A DNA stretch of 64,000 bases from Azolla caroliniana (Eukaryota; Plantae; Polypodiophyta), in NCBI GenBank assembly GCA_043228905.1, contig JBHGNT010000002.1, positions 8,370,001-8,434,000 on the forward strand, written 5' to 3'. The notes under the pieces were generated by a model. The model saw only the letters and a program-made list of their open reading frames with translations. It did no database searches and had not been told where the DNA came from. A program made the position numbers and the translations under genes. Shown piece after piece: positions 1-12,190 of the stretch. Each line of letters starts with the position of its first letter. The stretch's first letter is position 1.

Positions 1-711
1 ATTCCTTAAATGCTTTAATCTATGTAGCAGTTGCATTTTCCTGAGGGATCACTGGAGCCTCTTCTAGGTCTCCTTCAATGTAGTCCCAGTATCCTTTTCC
101 CATCAAGAAATTTGTTATTCTAAATTTCCACGCAAGGAAATTGTTTTTATCCAACTTTTCTGCGACTATTTGGCTTCCATTCTCAGCAGCCATTCTCTCT
201 TTTAATTAGGGCTTTTGCTACGATTAACTTCACAGACAACTCTCTGATTCAGATCAGCAACCAGAACCAAGCTTCTCATATTTGTACTGCTCTAATCTTC
301 TTTACGAGCAACTCTACTCTTATACCATGTTACGAAGGTGCTCCGGCTCTTATTTGTGCGCATCAGATCGTGATGGGTTGGATCGTTTAATGTGCTCAAG
401 ACAGAAAAGGAAGGGGGAAGGAGACTTACCTCTGTAGCAAAACCAAAAGCTTCTTCTATTTCATTACACACAGAGCTCAACTCGCTCTCGTCAGTTTTTT
501 GTTCTTCTCTACTCTCACTACTCTTCTATATCTCACTCTCTTACTTTTTACCTAAGTTATAAGTGACTTACATATGCAGCTAATTAGTTGTGACTAGCTA
601 AATAGTTGATTCATCTTTATGTCCACTAGTAGCTAATTTTCTAATAGCTACTATAGAATATCTCACTTACCAATATACATCACATACCTTTGTTGAGCTT
701 GTTTCTCAACA
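1..711 (-). mobile_element. Ty1/copia LTR retrotransposon, 5' end (LTR 328-711, PBS, start of gag); continues out of the window
   Basis: The LTR is bounded by TG at 328 and CA at 711. A tRNA-Met-like PBS (TGGTATAAGAG, minus, 327-317) follows it. Gag starts at 193: MAAENGSQIVAEKLDKNNFLAWKFRITNFLMGKGYWDYIEG. The LTR terminus resembles that of the 36046-40358 element. Confidence 0.85.
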
Positions 712-2467
712 CAGTCGATCGTGAGTCTATCATCTGTCTCCAATAGGAGACCTAACTTTTCCCAATCAAGTGGGTCGACCGACTTGATAAATAGCAGGAC
801 CTTGCTCGTATCGAGCACGGTTCGGCTGAATGTTGAAAGGCGCGCAAATCACTTCTCAAACTTCTGGAGAAGCACCAATGTGTTCCGGCCTTTGTCAAGG
901 AGCTCAACCCACTCCCTAAAGTCCCTCTTCGACAACCGGAGCAAGTTGTCGCAACCTTATTTTTCGAGGAGTCGTCCCTTGAACTCTAACCAAGTCTGAC
1001 AGTCGTTTTCGACTTCGAGCACTTCCATGTGGATGCTTGGGGTTACAACCCGTGGGAATGTAGACAGTTATCTATCCTTTGGGATGTCTCTCATTAGCAT
1101 TTCGGCCTTGTAGGCCTCTAGGTAGTTTGTTACATCCTTTCCATTAAATCATCCTATCGTGCCAACTATCATCTCTATGGCCTGTCGAGACCACTCGCAC
1201 TCTCCCAAGCATTCACCGTCATTGCTTCTGCTAGTTCACTTCCCCTCATTTTAGATTCATTTGCTGCCCCTTTCACGTCGGGTTCACAAAGATGTTATGG
1301 TAATCCACAGGTATGTGTCGAAACAGGCGGGATCACCGGGGTCTCAGACTAAGTAGTCGGTAAGAGGAAACGAGAGAGAGTGAAAATGAATATCCAGAAT
1401 GTTTCCAGATAGCTTTGCCGAAACACAGGTAAGGACACGTGACCGATCCGGAGATGTCCACCGGATGCCGGATGGTTAGCACACGGGCTTAGATGCGTAT
1501 ATTGTTCCCGACTAGATACCAAATACCAGATGAAGAACATGCATGCTCAGACACTCGGGTATACACGAAGGTAAAAGGGGAACAAAGATGAGAATGTAAT
1601 AGAAATTAGGAAACGGATAGGAAAAAGAGAAGACCAAATGCAGCAAGACAAATCGATTAACTAACAAAGAAAGAAAGATACAACCAGACTCGGTTGGTGA
1701 TAGAGCTTCGAGCCCTTGACACACACACCTTGCAAACACCAGCAAGCCTCTGATTGGGAGCACTCGGGCTTCTAGACCGAATAGAAGCCTCGCAGCACAA
1801 CATTAGAGACGGGAACAAGAAGCGAACTATTGATTCTGAAATCCGGCAAAACTTCCTCCTCCCCACGATCGATCCCTTACAAGAGTTTAAACCTCCCCTT
1901 TTGATAGAAATAGTGCTCGGCCACAACCAAGCTTCAAACACACGATGGAAGAAACAAACAAACAAGAACCAGGTAGATTTATACACTTACATCGAAATGA
2001 GATGACATAGGATATTAACGTGGAAAACCTCGGAGGAGCTAAAACCATAGGAGTTCTCTAACTCCGAACAGAATTACTATAGAGAGGAAGGGTACAATGG
2101 GAGACTCAGAGGCAACGACCTCGAGCTCTATCTTCGCCAACTAGCAGTTACAACAGAAAATGCTTTCTATTTCTTTCTCTCTTTCTGTCTCTATACAACA
2201 AATCGATAACTCATACTCAACCATTTGCCCTAGTTATATTTATACTTATATAACTTACGGGCTATTTACAAAAGTTGTCTCAATGGCCCATAAGAAACAT
2301 ATTTACATATTGGATCCAGTCGAACCCCTTCTAGGTCCATCCAATCCGGTTTCCGGATATCCTTCCAGACACTCCGATCCGATTCATTCTTCTCTGACTT
2401 CTCCGATCCCCACCCAGAGGGATTGGTATCTCAACACTTTTTTATAGCCAAAAGGGAGGTCGTAACA
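712..2467 (-). mobile_element. Ty3/gypsy (Phygy-like) element: 5' LTR 1293-2467, tRNA-Trp PBS and degenerate gag; interrupted by the copia at 711
   Basis: Termini are TGTTATG...CGTAACA. The PBS TGTGAACCCGACGTGAA is at ~1288-1272. The minus-strand translation ESKMRGSELAEAM matches the gag at 28229. Confidence 0.8.
1902..2436 (-). mobile_element. Copia solo LTR nested inside the gypsy LTR
   Basis: TG...CA ends. It shares the motif GCTCGGCCA(C/T)AACC and an ACGTGGAAA block with the LTRs at ~21340-21525 and 28621-29263. Flanks are CCTTT and CTTTT (imperfect TSD in a homopolymer). Confidence 0.75.
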
Positions 2468-2769
2468 TCGTGCTTAATGACAACGTTTTTTGTCAGCGAT
2501 TCTCCCTCGATTCTCTCTCACATCATATCCTATTATTCCTGTCTTTGTATGGGGCATTATAGTACCCATCAACTACTCTACCTAGTACTTATAAATACTC
2601 TACCTATATTTACATTTCTTTGTACATTAGTCCTTGTTCTTGTGCATACTTGCATATCCTCATTCACGCGCATCCAACGAAGTTTCTCCTTGTGGCCGGA
2701 ATTCCCCACAATAACGTGTGAGCATTCAAGTACTCTGTCGCTTTATACATTTTCATTGACAAATAGGAG

Positions 2770-3020
2770 ATAGTGTTGCGGTAGATGAGGTCGAAGTGAA
2801 TATAAAATATAAGAAAGGACAAGCATGTGGTTAGTCCCCTACCCAAACATAGTTTGCAATTGATGAAAGAAGTAGCGGCAGATCCATACCTTAGAAACCC
2901 AAGAGGAATAAGACACATGATCGCCAAAAAAACACGAAGATGAGGGAAGCTCCAAGTTGGTGGGGGTGGATTCCTACTTCCTGAAGAGGAGTCGAAACTT
3001 TGAGAAATGCTGGAATGACT
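2770..3020 (+). mobile_element. Degenerate gypsy pol fragment
   Basis: Translation DPYLRNPRGI...LQVGGGGFLLPEEESKL resembles the pre-RT region of bryophyte gypsy polyproteins. Confidence 0.4.
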
Positions 3021-6000
3021 CTAAGAGTGTAAACTCTAGGTTTGATTTTAATGTTTTACGTTTTAATTTAAACCTTAATTTTTTACTAACCTTTTTTTCG
3101 ATAAACTAACCTTTTTTAACAAAACAATAACCACGTTTTTTCCAAAAAAACCCACTTTTAAAATAAAAAAAATGTTTTCTTAATACTTAATAGTAAAAAC
3201 ATTAACACGATATTTATTTTTTTCATTATCTTTGTGAGGTAGTTATGCTAATTTGTGTATCTTTGTGTTATAGTAATGACATCTATAACGATGTAACATT
3301 ATATAGAGCTTTTTACTTTTAAAATTTGTATATCAAATGACATGTTAGTTTTTGTAATCTTATGGCATATGATATACATCTTTAAAAAATGCCCGTCAAA
3401 AAACTTTGATACTAACCCATCAAATTTAGGCCCTGATCCTCATAATCATGATTTTCCTTGAGCCTCTCACATAAACGGCATGTGCTTTAGCTACTCATTT
3501 ATTATGATTTATTATCTTCTGTTTACTTTATTTATTCATTAATATATAAAGACAAAGGTTGTAACATATAACCATAGAATATAACATTCCCATTATTTTA
3601 TTTTCTTTCCAAAAAAAATATTCCCATTATTTTGCTCAAACATTCAGTTTCATACATTCGCAAAGGAATGCGTATGTTATGAAAACATACTTATGATTTT
3701 TTTGACATTTTTATTTTTATTTTCTCAAATTTTTACCTTAAAAAAAGTTTTACCTTAGAGTAAATAATAAATATAAAAGTATGGTATTTACCAGGCTCAA
3801 GTGATCGAAACATTCTCGAATGCGAATACACATATGGTATGCATGGTTCATACTATGCTTATAGCTATAAAGATAACCTTTCCAACAAGAGGTATAATCA
3901 CCTTCAAATGTAGGTAAAGAAATTGGCATATTAGGCTAACAATACTTTTAATGAGAATTTATAACAAACACCTTTCCTATCTAATTGTGAATGTATCTGC
4001 ATAGTAGCTGATTTTGACAACTTTAAAACTTCACATACATTTAACATCAAACCTTATTCATGCTTGATAGTGCTCAACAACATTAGGGCAGTATAAGAAA
4101 TTCATGACAGATATGGACTACAAGAAATGTTACCCATTTTTTGCATGTAATCGTGTGATGATTTGTGGGTTAGGTGTTACTTTGGGGGATTCCATTTAGG
4201 TGAACACATTTTCCCACAATGTCTTCTTCGCTTTAGAGGAGATGTCATAAACTCATGATTTGTAATTTTTCCCCTGTATGATTTCATGTGTTCATAAGCT
4301 TTTGAAATGCACTCTCAGGCATTGCTATCGATAATTTAAAGACAAATCATTTGGCTTTAGATGCCTATGACAATAATATTAATTGTGAATCCCCTCTGAC
4401 AACTAACCAACTTTAATGTGTACACATTTGAAATTAATTTTATATGTGCCTGATTAAAGAATCCACTAAATCTGTCTAACAATCCAATTTATACAGCTAC
4501 ATAATCTATCGAATTCAAGCGCCAGATCTGATTCCTTAAATTGTCAATTTCGTTCATATAACGAATTCTCTCTCGCATTTATCATTAGACATACATTATT
4601 GGTGGGATGTTCTGCGCTCACATTTTTGGAAAAAGAAGTACAAATTTGAAACATGTGGGTTTTAAGGTGGGGTATGTGACACTTTGTATTTATATATGTA
4701 TGGCTGCATTTGGACTGTATCATTCATTCATTACATTGAATAAAGCGTTGATGGGTTAGACCTTAGGATGTGGCCACAATTGGAAGTAGTTAGGATGTGC
4801 CCTTAGCTATGGACATATTTGGAAGAGCAATGGTCTCCATTAGAGACATCATGAATAGTTGAAAGGGTAAAAGAGAGAGAGATTGGCATAATGTAGTATG
4901 TATATATATATTGTTGAGTGTTGTTGATTTCATAACATGTACATTGGATATTCTAATCCTCTTTTGCCCCACAAAACCTATTTTTATTATTAACTTGTCA
5001 ATCTCCAAATTAGATCCAAAATCTCTTATCATTCTTCCCTAAGTTTGACAAATAATGTTTCCTATTGATTAATATATTCAATATATTCAAGCATTTCGAT
5101 GTTTAGCAGGGTTTATATCCAAACCCTTGGAACAACAAGCTGCCAACATGTAATCTCCAATTACTGATGATAACAAAACCCACACGTAATTAGCAATGTC
5201 GAAATTTGCGGATTCAATCCAATAGCCATTAGGGAATTAATCTACCCTCACCCATCAAGCACCGATCACATATTATTATTTTATCACATTGCATCCACTT
5301 GTAAAGATTAGTGGAGCTCCCTTGTCACTTCAACTCACTCTTACCATCTATCTCATCTTTATTGGTCGTACAATGATGCCACGTCTCATGGCACATCATA
5401 TATTAATCTTAGATCTTAACGAAACAAACACAAAATGTTGGCAATGAATGGAAGTCTACATCTTGCTTGTTGACATCTAAGAATTTGCGCATTATTTGTT
5501 GGAATATTGAAGAAATTTGCACATTCTTCATCTTTTTTTCTATTTGAACTTTGGATTTGTGTGCAATGACTTAAGGTACGCATTTACCTATGTCTACTTC
5601 TTCTCCAAGGTGTTTTCTTATTCATAAAATAGTTACAATATTCCCTTTGATTTATTTTTTCTATCCTAGAGTTTCGTGATGTTCATGAACATGCAACTAA
5701 TCATAGTAGGCTTGTTTTGTGGCAATGACATAACTTTTGTGAGTTCCCCGTTGTAGAGGACTCCACCTACAATCATTGACATTCAAATTTCTATCCGCAC
5801 ATTTTCCACCTCAATCCTTACAAGTATTGAACCTATACACATATCTCCCTTGGGCCATCATCTACACTTTTTATTGCAATCTCCACTAATAAGATCCTCT
5901 AGCATCAGATATCAAGGATACCAGCCCCACACTTGTGTAACATCATATGATGTGATTGGGCTCTCGAGTTATGATAGCATTACAACACATGGCCTTTAAT

Positions 6001-6865
6001 AAATAACGAGCAAGCTCTATTGAGCTAGTTCTTTTCTATAATTGGAACAAAAATGTAGGAGACTCCCTCTTTCGTAAACATGTATTGCCAAACCTATTCA
6101 ATGTTTCAAGACTTTGTCTTTACAGGTAAGCATCGTGCCAATTGTGGCATTAAAGGTAGTCAGTTGGGCAAGATGACATCGTTTTCATGCATGAAATAGC
6201 ACACTTTTCGATAGTACCTTATAATCGGAACAAAATATGGACTCAACTTATATATATATATATATATAACTAGTCAAAAAAGCAATGTTATCAATTTGGT
6301 TCCTCTCGATGAGGGGTTTTACACACAAAGTTACTACAAAGTTAATACAATTACTTCGGTAAATAATTATGGAGGTTGAACTTAATTTTTACACTAAGAT
6401 AGAAATACAACAAATATGTATGTGTACACGGAACATGCAAGATCCCATAATATTGCTATGGAAATCTCATCTTAATGTACACGGAACCTATTAATAATAT
6501 GAGAAATGCAACATGGATATTTTGCGGGTGAAACACCATGACTATTTTGCAAGTAAGAGGGGCGAAAGACTCTAGAACAACCAACAATGAAGACAAACCA
6601 CCTAGACACATTAGGACACAATACTTATATATCGAGATTCGAGATGTTTCAATCTTGTGATGATACAATATGTATATCATAATCTCGTGTGGACGATGCT
6701 GCAATAAATTTTATTTTATTTTTGTGCTCCGCTAATTAACTTCTTTGCCAGCATTCAATGATGGTTAAAATGATCGCCCATTTAGAAAAACCAATGGTAC
6801 CGAGGATGTTTTCTTAACAACTAAACAATACCGATGACGGACACTAGGGACACTAGCCGATCCTT

Positions 6866-8718
6866 TTAATCACGGTGGCGACAACGTTTGAGCAACGCCC
6901 CCTCAATAGTGACGCCAGGCCCGAACGCGATGGCGATACCCCATTCGCACTCGCCTTGCACGTCCGCGGGTGAGTCCTTCCGCCTCAACTCGTCCAGCAC
7001 GAAGAGCACCGTGGATGCCGAGATGTTCCCGTAGTGTTTCAAGATGTGCCGGCTCGCCCCGAGCTTCTCGGGCACGAGGTCCAACGCCTCCTGGACCGAG
7101 TTGAGGATTGCGGGCCCGCCCGAGTGGACCGCCCAGAAGACGTCGTTGAAGCCGGGCTTCTCGGGCGCATTATCGAGGGCCGTGCGGCAGAAGTCGCCCA
7201 CGTACTTGGACACCAACGAGGGGAGTGTGCGGTCGAGGTAGAATTGGAGGCCGTCGAGCTTGAGCTTGCCTTCGATGATCTTGTCCGAGTCCGGTGCGAG
7301 GACCTCTCCGACCCAGTGGATCTCGAACAAGGGCCGCTCGATGGATGGGCCAGGCCGGGGCCCGGGTATGGGTAGTGCGCCCACGATGACTCCCGAGGCT
7401 CCGTCCCCGAAGAGGGCCGTGCCGACCAGGTCATATGGGAACCTCTCGTCGGGCGCGCGGAACGTGGGCGCGGCGAGCTCCGAGCAGCATATGAGGATGC
7501 GGGCTTCCGGATTGTTCTCGGCCAGGTCTTTGGCCACGCGGAGCGCCGTCACGCCCGCATAGCACCCCAGCATGTAGAGCATGACCCGCCTCACATCGGG
7601 CCGGAGGCCGAGTGACTTGGTGAGCATGACATCGGCCCCCGGGATGGCCACCCCCGTGAGGGTGGCCACCACCAGGTGGGTAATCTCCGAGGCCGGACGC
7701 CCCCACTCCTTGATCGCCTCCACCGCCGCCTCATGTGCCAGCTTCGGAACCTCCCTCGCGAAGATCGAGTTCCTCTGCTCCATGCTCGGCTCGCCCGGCG
7801 TGTAGAACTCCGTGTGCTCCTTCAAGAACTCGTCGGTCAGTATCGAATACCGGTTCTGTATTCCTGACCGATCGCCTGGTTTTGTTTCATCACACCAAGT
7901 TCCATATTTAAGTAAAGTATCATGTTTTACATACATATATGTGTATGTACTAAACGACAACTCAACAATCATTCATTGGATTCTAACGATTTCATTAATT
8001 TTCCAAGATCCTTGGATTTTTGGTACCACTTCTATCTATTAAATGGATTATATATTACTTTAACTTGGAATGAATATGACTTATAAAATCGATTCAATCC
8101 GTTTAAACCGTCCGATTTGGATTAGTGAATCGAATTCACGGAGAGACGGATTAATCCCTTAAATAGCATCGATTCATGAAAGCATCTGAGGATTATTTCC
8201 CTTAAGAACGAATCGGAATAGGCACGAAGATTTTAAATAAAAGAAAAAGAAAAAGACCCAAAAACGAAGTCAACATAAGAAAATAAAAAATAAAATCATA
8301 TCAATCCAAGATTAGATTAGATTTACTGACATATGCGTTTCATTTTCTTCTTGAGCTCTTCCATATGGCCACAGTTGGTGATATTGAAGTACCAATCGGT
8401 ATAAGTGGTTTGGTCGATTTGATTGGGAGGGGTGGCGCGACCCATGGCGAGGATGGCTGCCCGGGGTTTCGTGTCCGAGGAGCCGAAGCCATGATCGGTG
8501 GCGGTAATAGAAGAGGAATTATTAATACCACCGATATCTTGGGTGAGGCGCGGTGACGGGGGCTCCACCCACTGCAAGGTGTCGGGGGCCGAGGCAGCCG
8601 TAGGCCTCGGGGAAGGCAGCTCGATCCATGTGGCACACGTGCCATTTCCGGAAGGCGCCAGCTCCTCCTGCACCCACTCGCGCCGGCCTTGTGCCGCAAG
8701 ATCGATTTCTAGAAACAT
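6866..8718 (-). CDS. Type III polyketide synthase (CHS superfamily, ASCL/LAP5-6-related), 465 aa; exons 8718-8331 and 7875-6866
   Basis: The Cys-His-Asn triad is present (LGCYAG, WAVHSGG, YGNIS), as are ALFGDG and AFGPG. A single GT-AG intron (7876-8330) splits the Cys codon of KRIC|DRSG, the conserved CHS-family intron position. The spliced ORF has no stops. Confidence 0.95.
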
Positions 8719-8896
8719 CCTGGCGGCCTTCGATTTTTTCGATTGATTTGATGTAATGAATGGGGGGGGGGGATTTTTTTGGATGGAATCCGGAATTCTT
8801 AATGGTAATCACCAAATTAGAGAAGTGGTTTGTTTGATCTAAACATCCGAGAGAAGTGATGGAGATGCAGGTGCAAGAGCAGACTAGAATATCTAT

Positions 8897-8920
8897 CTAT
8901 CTATATATATATATATAAAA
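8897..8920 (-). promoter_or_regulatory. (TA)n/TATA-like tract about 190 bp upstream of the PKS start
   Basis: Position relative to the ATG at 8718 only; it could be just a microsatellite. Confidence 0.35.
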
Positions 8921-9217
8921 GAAGAGGGGGAAGTGAAGAGAGGACTGACTAGTCATGAGGTTTAACTAGATTCGTCCTCATCTTCGGAGGGGACCTGTCA
9001 ACCCTCCGTCATCTCTAACGGAGACCTTAACGGTTCTCGCCATCCTCGTGGCATGGACCCTCCCGGGAGAAAAGAAAAAGACATGGGCCATTTCCAAAAG
9101 CAAATACGCAACTCACCTCAAGGCTCACATACATAGCCTATAGGATATGCAATTGGAACCCCCGACCCACACCCCTCACACTCTGACACCATGTGCTTGA
9201 AATCGAACGTTCTGAAC

Positions 9218-9445
9218 TTGATCAAAGGTTAGATGGATAAGAAAGAATCATTCTTTTGTTGTTGTATCTTGGACATGATGAATGGTGAGAGACGCGCATC
9301 GACCATTGGACCTTTTACATTTGATCAAAGGTTATATACACTAGAAATCATTCTTTTGTTGTCGCATCTTGGACATGATGAATGGTGAGAAGCGCATTCA
9401 TCATCAAATCTTGGATGCTATCAAAGGCTAGATAGAAGAAGCATC
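9218..9445. repeat. Degenerate ~103-bp tandem repeat (two copies plus a partial third) upstream of the PKS
   Basis: The block TGATCAAAGGTTA...AATCATTCTTTTGTTGT...TCTTGGACATGATGAATGGTGAGA occurs twice. Confidence 0.8.
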
Positions 9446-11489
9446 TTGCAAGCCTTTAGCTCATTTGGTTTGATCAAATGCTTGACATGTATTTTCGTTG
9501 TTGGTTCTTTGGGGTTTCAGCAAGAGGATTTGACACTTTCTAGCCTATCAGGTCATTAGCATTGAGCTCAAGTCGATATTCTCATCATGTGAAATTTTAG
9601 GTATTACATCGAGACTTGTTGTCTCTATTCCTCTCTTTATATTTCTATATGTGGATGTCGTCATCGTGGTTTACACTGTATATTGATGTTTCTCTCTTTA
9701 TGGGTGTTGTCTTCACGGTTTATGTTGTTGCACCAAATGCCATAAAGCATATGAATGGTGTTTGATCTTGGGAATATTTGGGCTTAGATTCTTCCCCATA
9801 GAGTCATATTCAATCACATGTGGAAATTATAGAGCTCTCTATATTTCTATCTCCCATCTATCATTAGCAAATTTACCATGCTACCTCATCTGCAATTCGT
9901 ATTCACTCCATAATGAAAGTGGATATGCCATGTTTCATGGATCCACAATCTCATATGCCCATCAAACATCGTTGAAGGTCCACAGTGAGAGTACAACATA
10001 CCATTATCATCCATTATGTGAGTAAATATGCCACTTTCCACGAATGAGTAACCATGTGCAAATTACAACATAACTTCATTGTGATGGTCAGTACACATGG
10101 CCAATTGTTGAACCATAAATCTCATGTGATTGTATACTACACATTGCGATAGTACACACACTACTTTGCATGGATCAATGATTGGCCATGTTTAAACTAT
10201 ATCATAACTTTATGTCAAGTACTTGCTATCTACTTATGTCTCTACTCTCCAAGGCGTTCACGCCCAAGCAACAAGCTAGCATAATGAAAAAGTGACAAGA
10301 AAGAAAGCAACCAAAAGAAATAGGACCCAATGACAACTTAGTAAGGGCCACCAATGACAATATAGTCACTTATAATTCTTTTGTAGTTTTTATTTTTTGT
10401 AGAGAAGCATGATCTTAAGTGTGCAATACTCGCTCTCTCTCTCTCACACACACATATACATTTGGTGAATGTATGTTCGAATATGATTAACACCACTACA
10501 AAACAGGGTGTTCATGATGCAAAAACACATTGGTAATTACATCACTTTCATATTGTCATTGTGCAATGCAATTAGTGACATGGTCCTAGAGAATTGCACA
10601 ATGATGCAACCTCGTCGCATACTCATGTTATTTACATGTCCCACAATAACCTGACAAAAAAAAGGTTAACTTATTTATTTAATGAAACTTTTAAATTTTA
10701 CTTTATTTGCATGTGTGTATGTTTGTTGGTTGTGCAATTGCAACAATAATATGTGTGTATATGCACAATTTTGGGTCTTGTACAGTTGAGCTCATCTTCA
10801 TTTGATCAGTTTATGTACGTTTATGTTTGTTGATAATAGTGGTGGTGGCGATGCTTGAGAACATTGGAAGTATTGGAAGATACTTTTAATGGTGACAAAG
10901 GGAGCATATATGTTCTTCAATGGAAATGCTTTCAATCACTTTTACATTGGTCCTAATTGTGTTGATCTTTGCTAACTATGTCATATAGACCTTGTGTGTT
11001 GCCAAACAATCCAACTTGTATATACATACACAAAACGAATGAATCATGATTTATGAAAATTACCAAATGGTCACAAAAAATGTTCTTTATGTAAGATTTC
11101 ACATCCTTAAAGCAATGTATTTAGAAATACATACTTGGATGCATAAATTGTTATTTTGCTTCAAGTTGAAGATCTTCCCATTGCCTAATAGACCTTCCAT
11201 ACTAAATATTCAATCTATAGAAATAGAAGACATCATCCCAAGAATGCATGGCATAGTCCAACATTGTTGTTAAAGTTCACGCTCTCATTTTTGAACTGAG
11301 GAGTATATTGTTGGTGCTAACATCGACACACATATGGAGAAGTGCAATTGAAGAGAGCAATATGCCCTGATCAGTAAAGGAATCACATGACCACTAATGA
11401 ACCTACTCATACATATGGTCAAGTTCATATTGAGCTTTGTTGTTTGCAAAGCAAATAACAAGGCCACCTAAAAGGTCTATAGTTTTATT

Positions 11490-11576
11490 AACTCTCATAC
11501 ATGTGGTGACTTCCATATGGAGCTTTGCTACCAACTCTCATACATGTGGTGACTTCCATATGGAGCTTTGCTACCA
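11490..11576. repeat. Perfect 43-bp tandem duplication
   Basis: AACTCTCATACATGTGGTGACTTCCATATGGAGCTTTGCTACC x2. Confidence 0.95.
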
Positions 11577-11684
11577 ATGACATGTGTATATAACTAAATA
11601 AGGAAAAGCAAAGTATATAAAAAAGCTACACTTCAAGGATCTACTCTTTTTATTAATGCAAATGCACAGACACAATTTTATTAC

Positions 11685-11987
11685 CTTAATTATTGATTGA
11701 ACAAGTGAAGCTTTCTTTGCATTATCTTGGAACTTGTTAATAAATGCCTGAAATATATAAAGCATGTGTATGAATCTTAATTTCCATATAAACTATGACA
11801 TATTCCAAGCCAATGAATAGTAATTTGCTTCAATGTATACCTACATACGCGTTGTTGTCCTCTCATTTGCTTCAGTGGCCCTTCGCGGGCTGGGAACACG
11901 GTCTAACCTTGTCCTTTTAAAGGTTTCAGAATCTCCCTTATAAGTTACAACTTTTTGAGCATTCCAATCAATTACATTTGTCACTAC
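11685..11987 (-). pseudogene. Two-exon fragment of an ABCF (GCN20/ABCF3-like) gene; exons 11987-11841 and 11747-11685
   Basis: Translations VVTNVIDWNAQKVVTYKGDSETFKRTR...EANERTTTRM* and AFINKFQDNAKKASLVQSIIK match the ABCF inter-ABC linker (FIDKFRYNAKRASLVQSRIK). Both are phase-0 exons with AG/GT ends. The first exon ends in TAG, probably a mutated CAG. Confidence 0.8.
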
Positions 11988-12094
11988 CTAGGAGAAACAT
12001 AGCAGTCAACACCAAAAGAGAAAATGAAAATGTAATAAACTTTAAATTGATGAAAATTGTATCAAACTGGAAGATGGAGTAATAGTATTCATAC

Positions 12095-12190
12095 CTTCAA
12101 TTACATAAGCAACTTTGGAGGCATTAGTATAGTTGGGGAAAAGGAAGCCATATTACTTGAGCTCTAGCTCTGCAACATTTTCATCATTTC
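12095..12190 (-). pseudogene. Fragment of a cupin / 11S-globulin-like exon
   Basis: Translation NVAELELK*YGFLFPNYTNASKVAYVIEG is followed by a phase-1 GT donor. This resembles the ...LPxY..xKVAYVxxG exon end of 11S-type cupins. Confidence 0.6.

Noticed and set aside
4117-6230. Possible CACTA/transposase relic (GACTACAAGAAA at ~4117)
   Set aside because: No partner TIR and no translatable motif could be confirmed.
7876-7972. N-terminal 32 aa of the 368-aa ORF
   Set aside because: This is intron read-through; the conserved Cys-codon splice gives the real protein.
7034-8815. Many overlapping sense and antisense ORFs over the PKS
   Set aside because: They are by-products of high GC3 and have no recognisable motifs.
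10494-10510. CACTACAAAA as a definite CACTA terminus
   Set aside because: No matching TTTTGTAGTG end with a 3-bp TSD was found, so it is kept only as a hypothesis.
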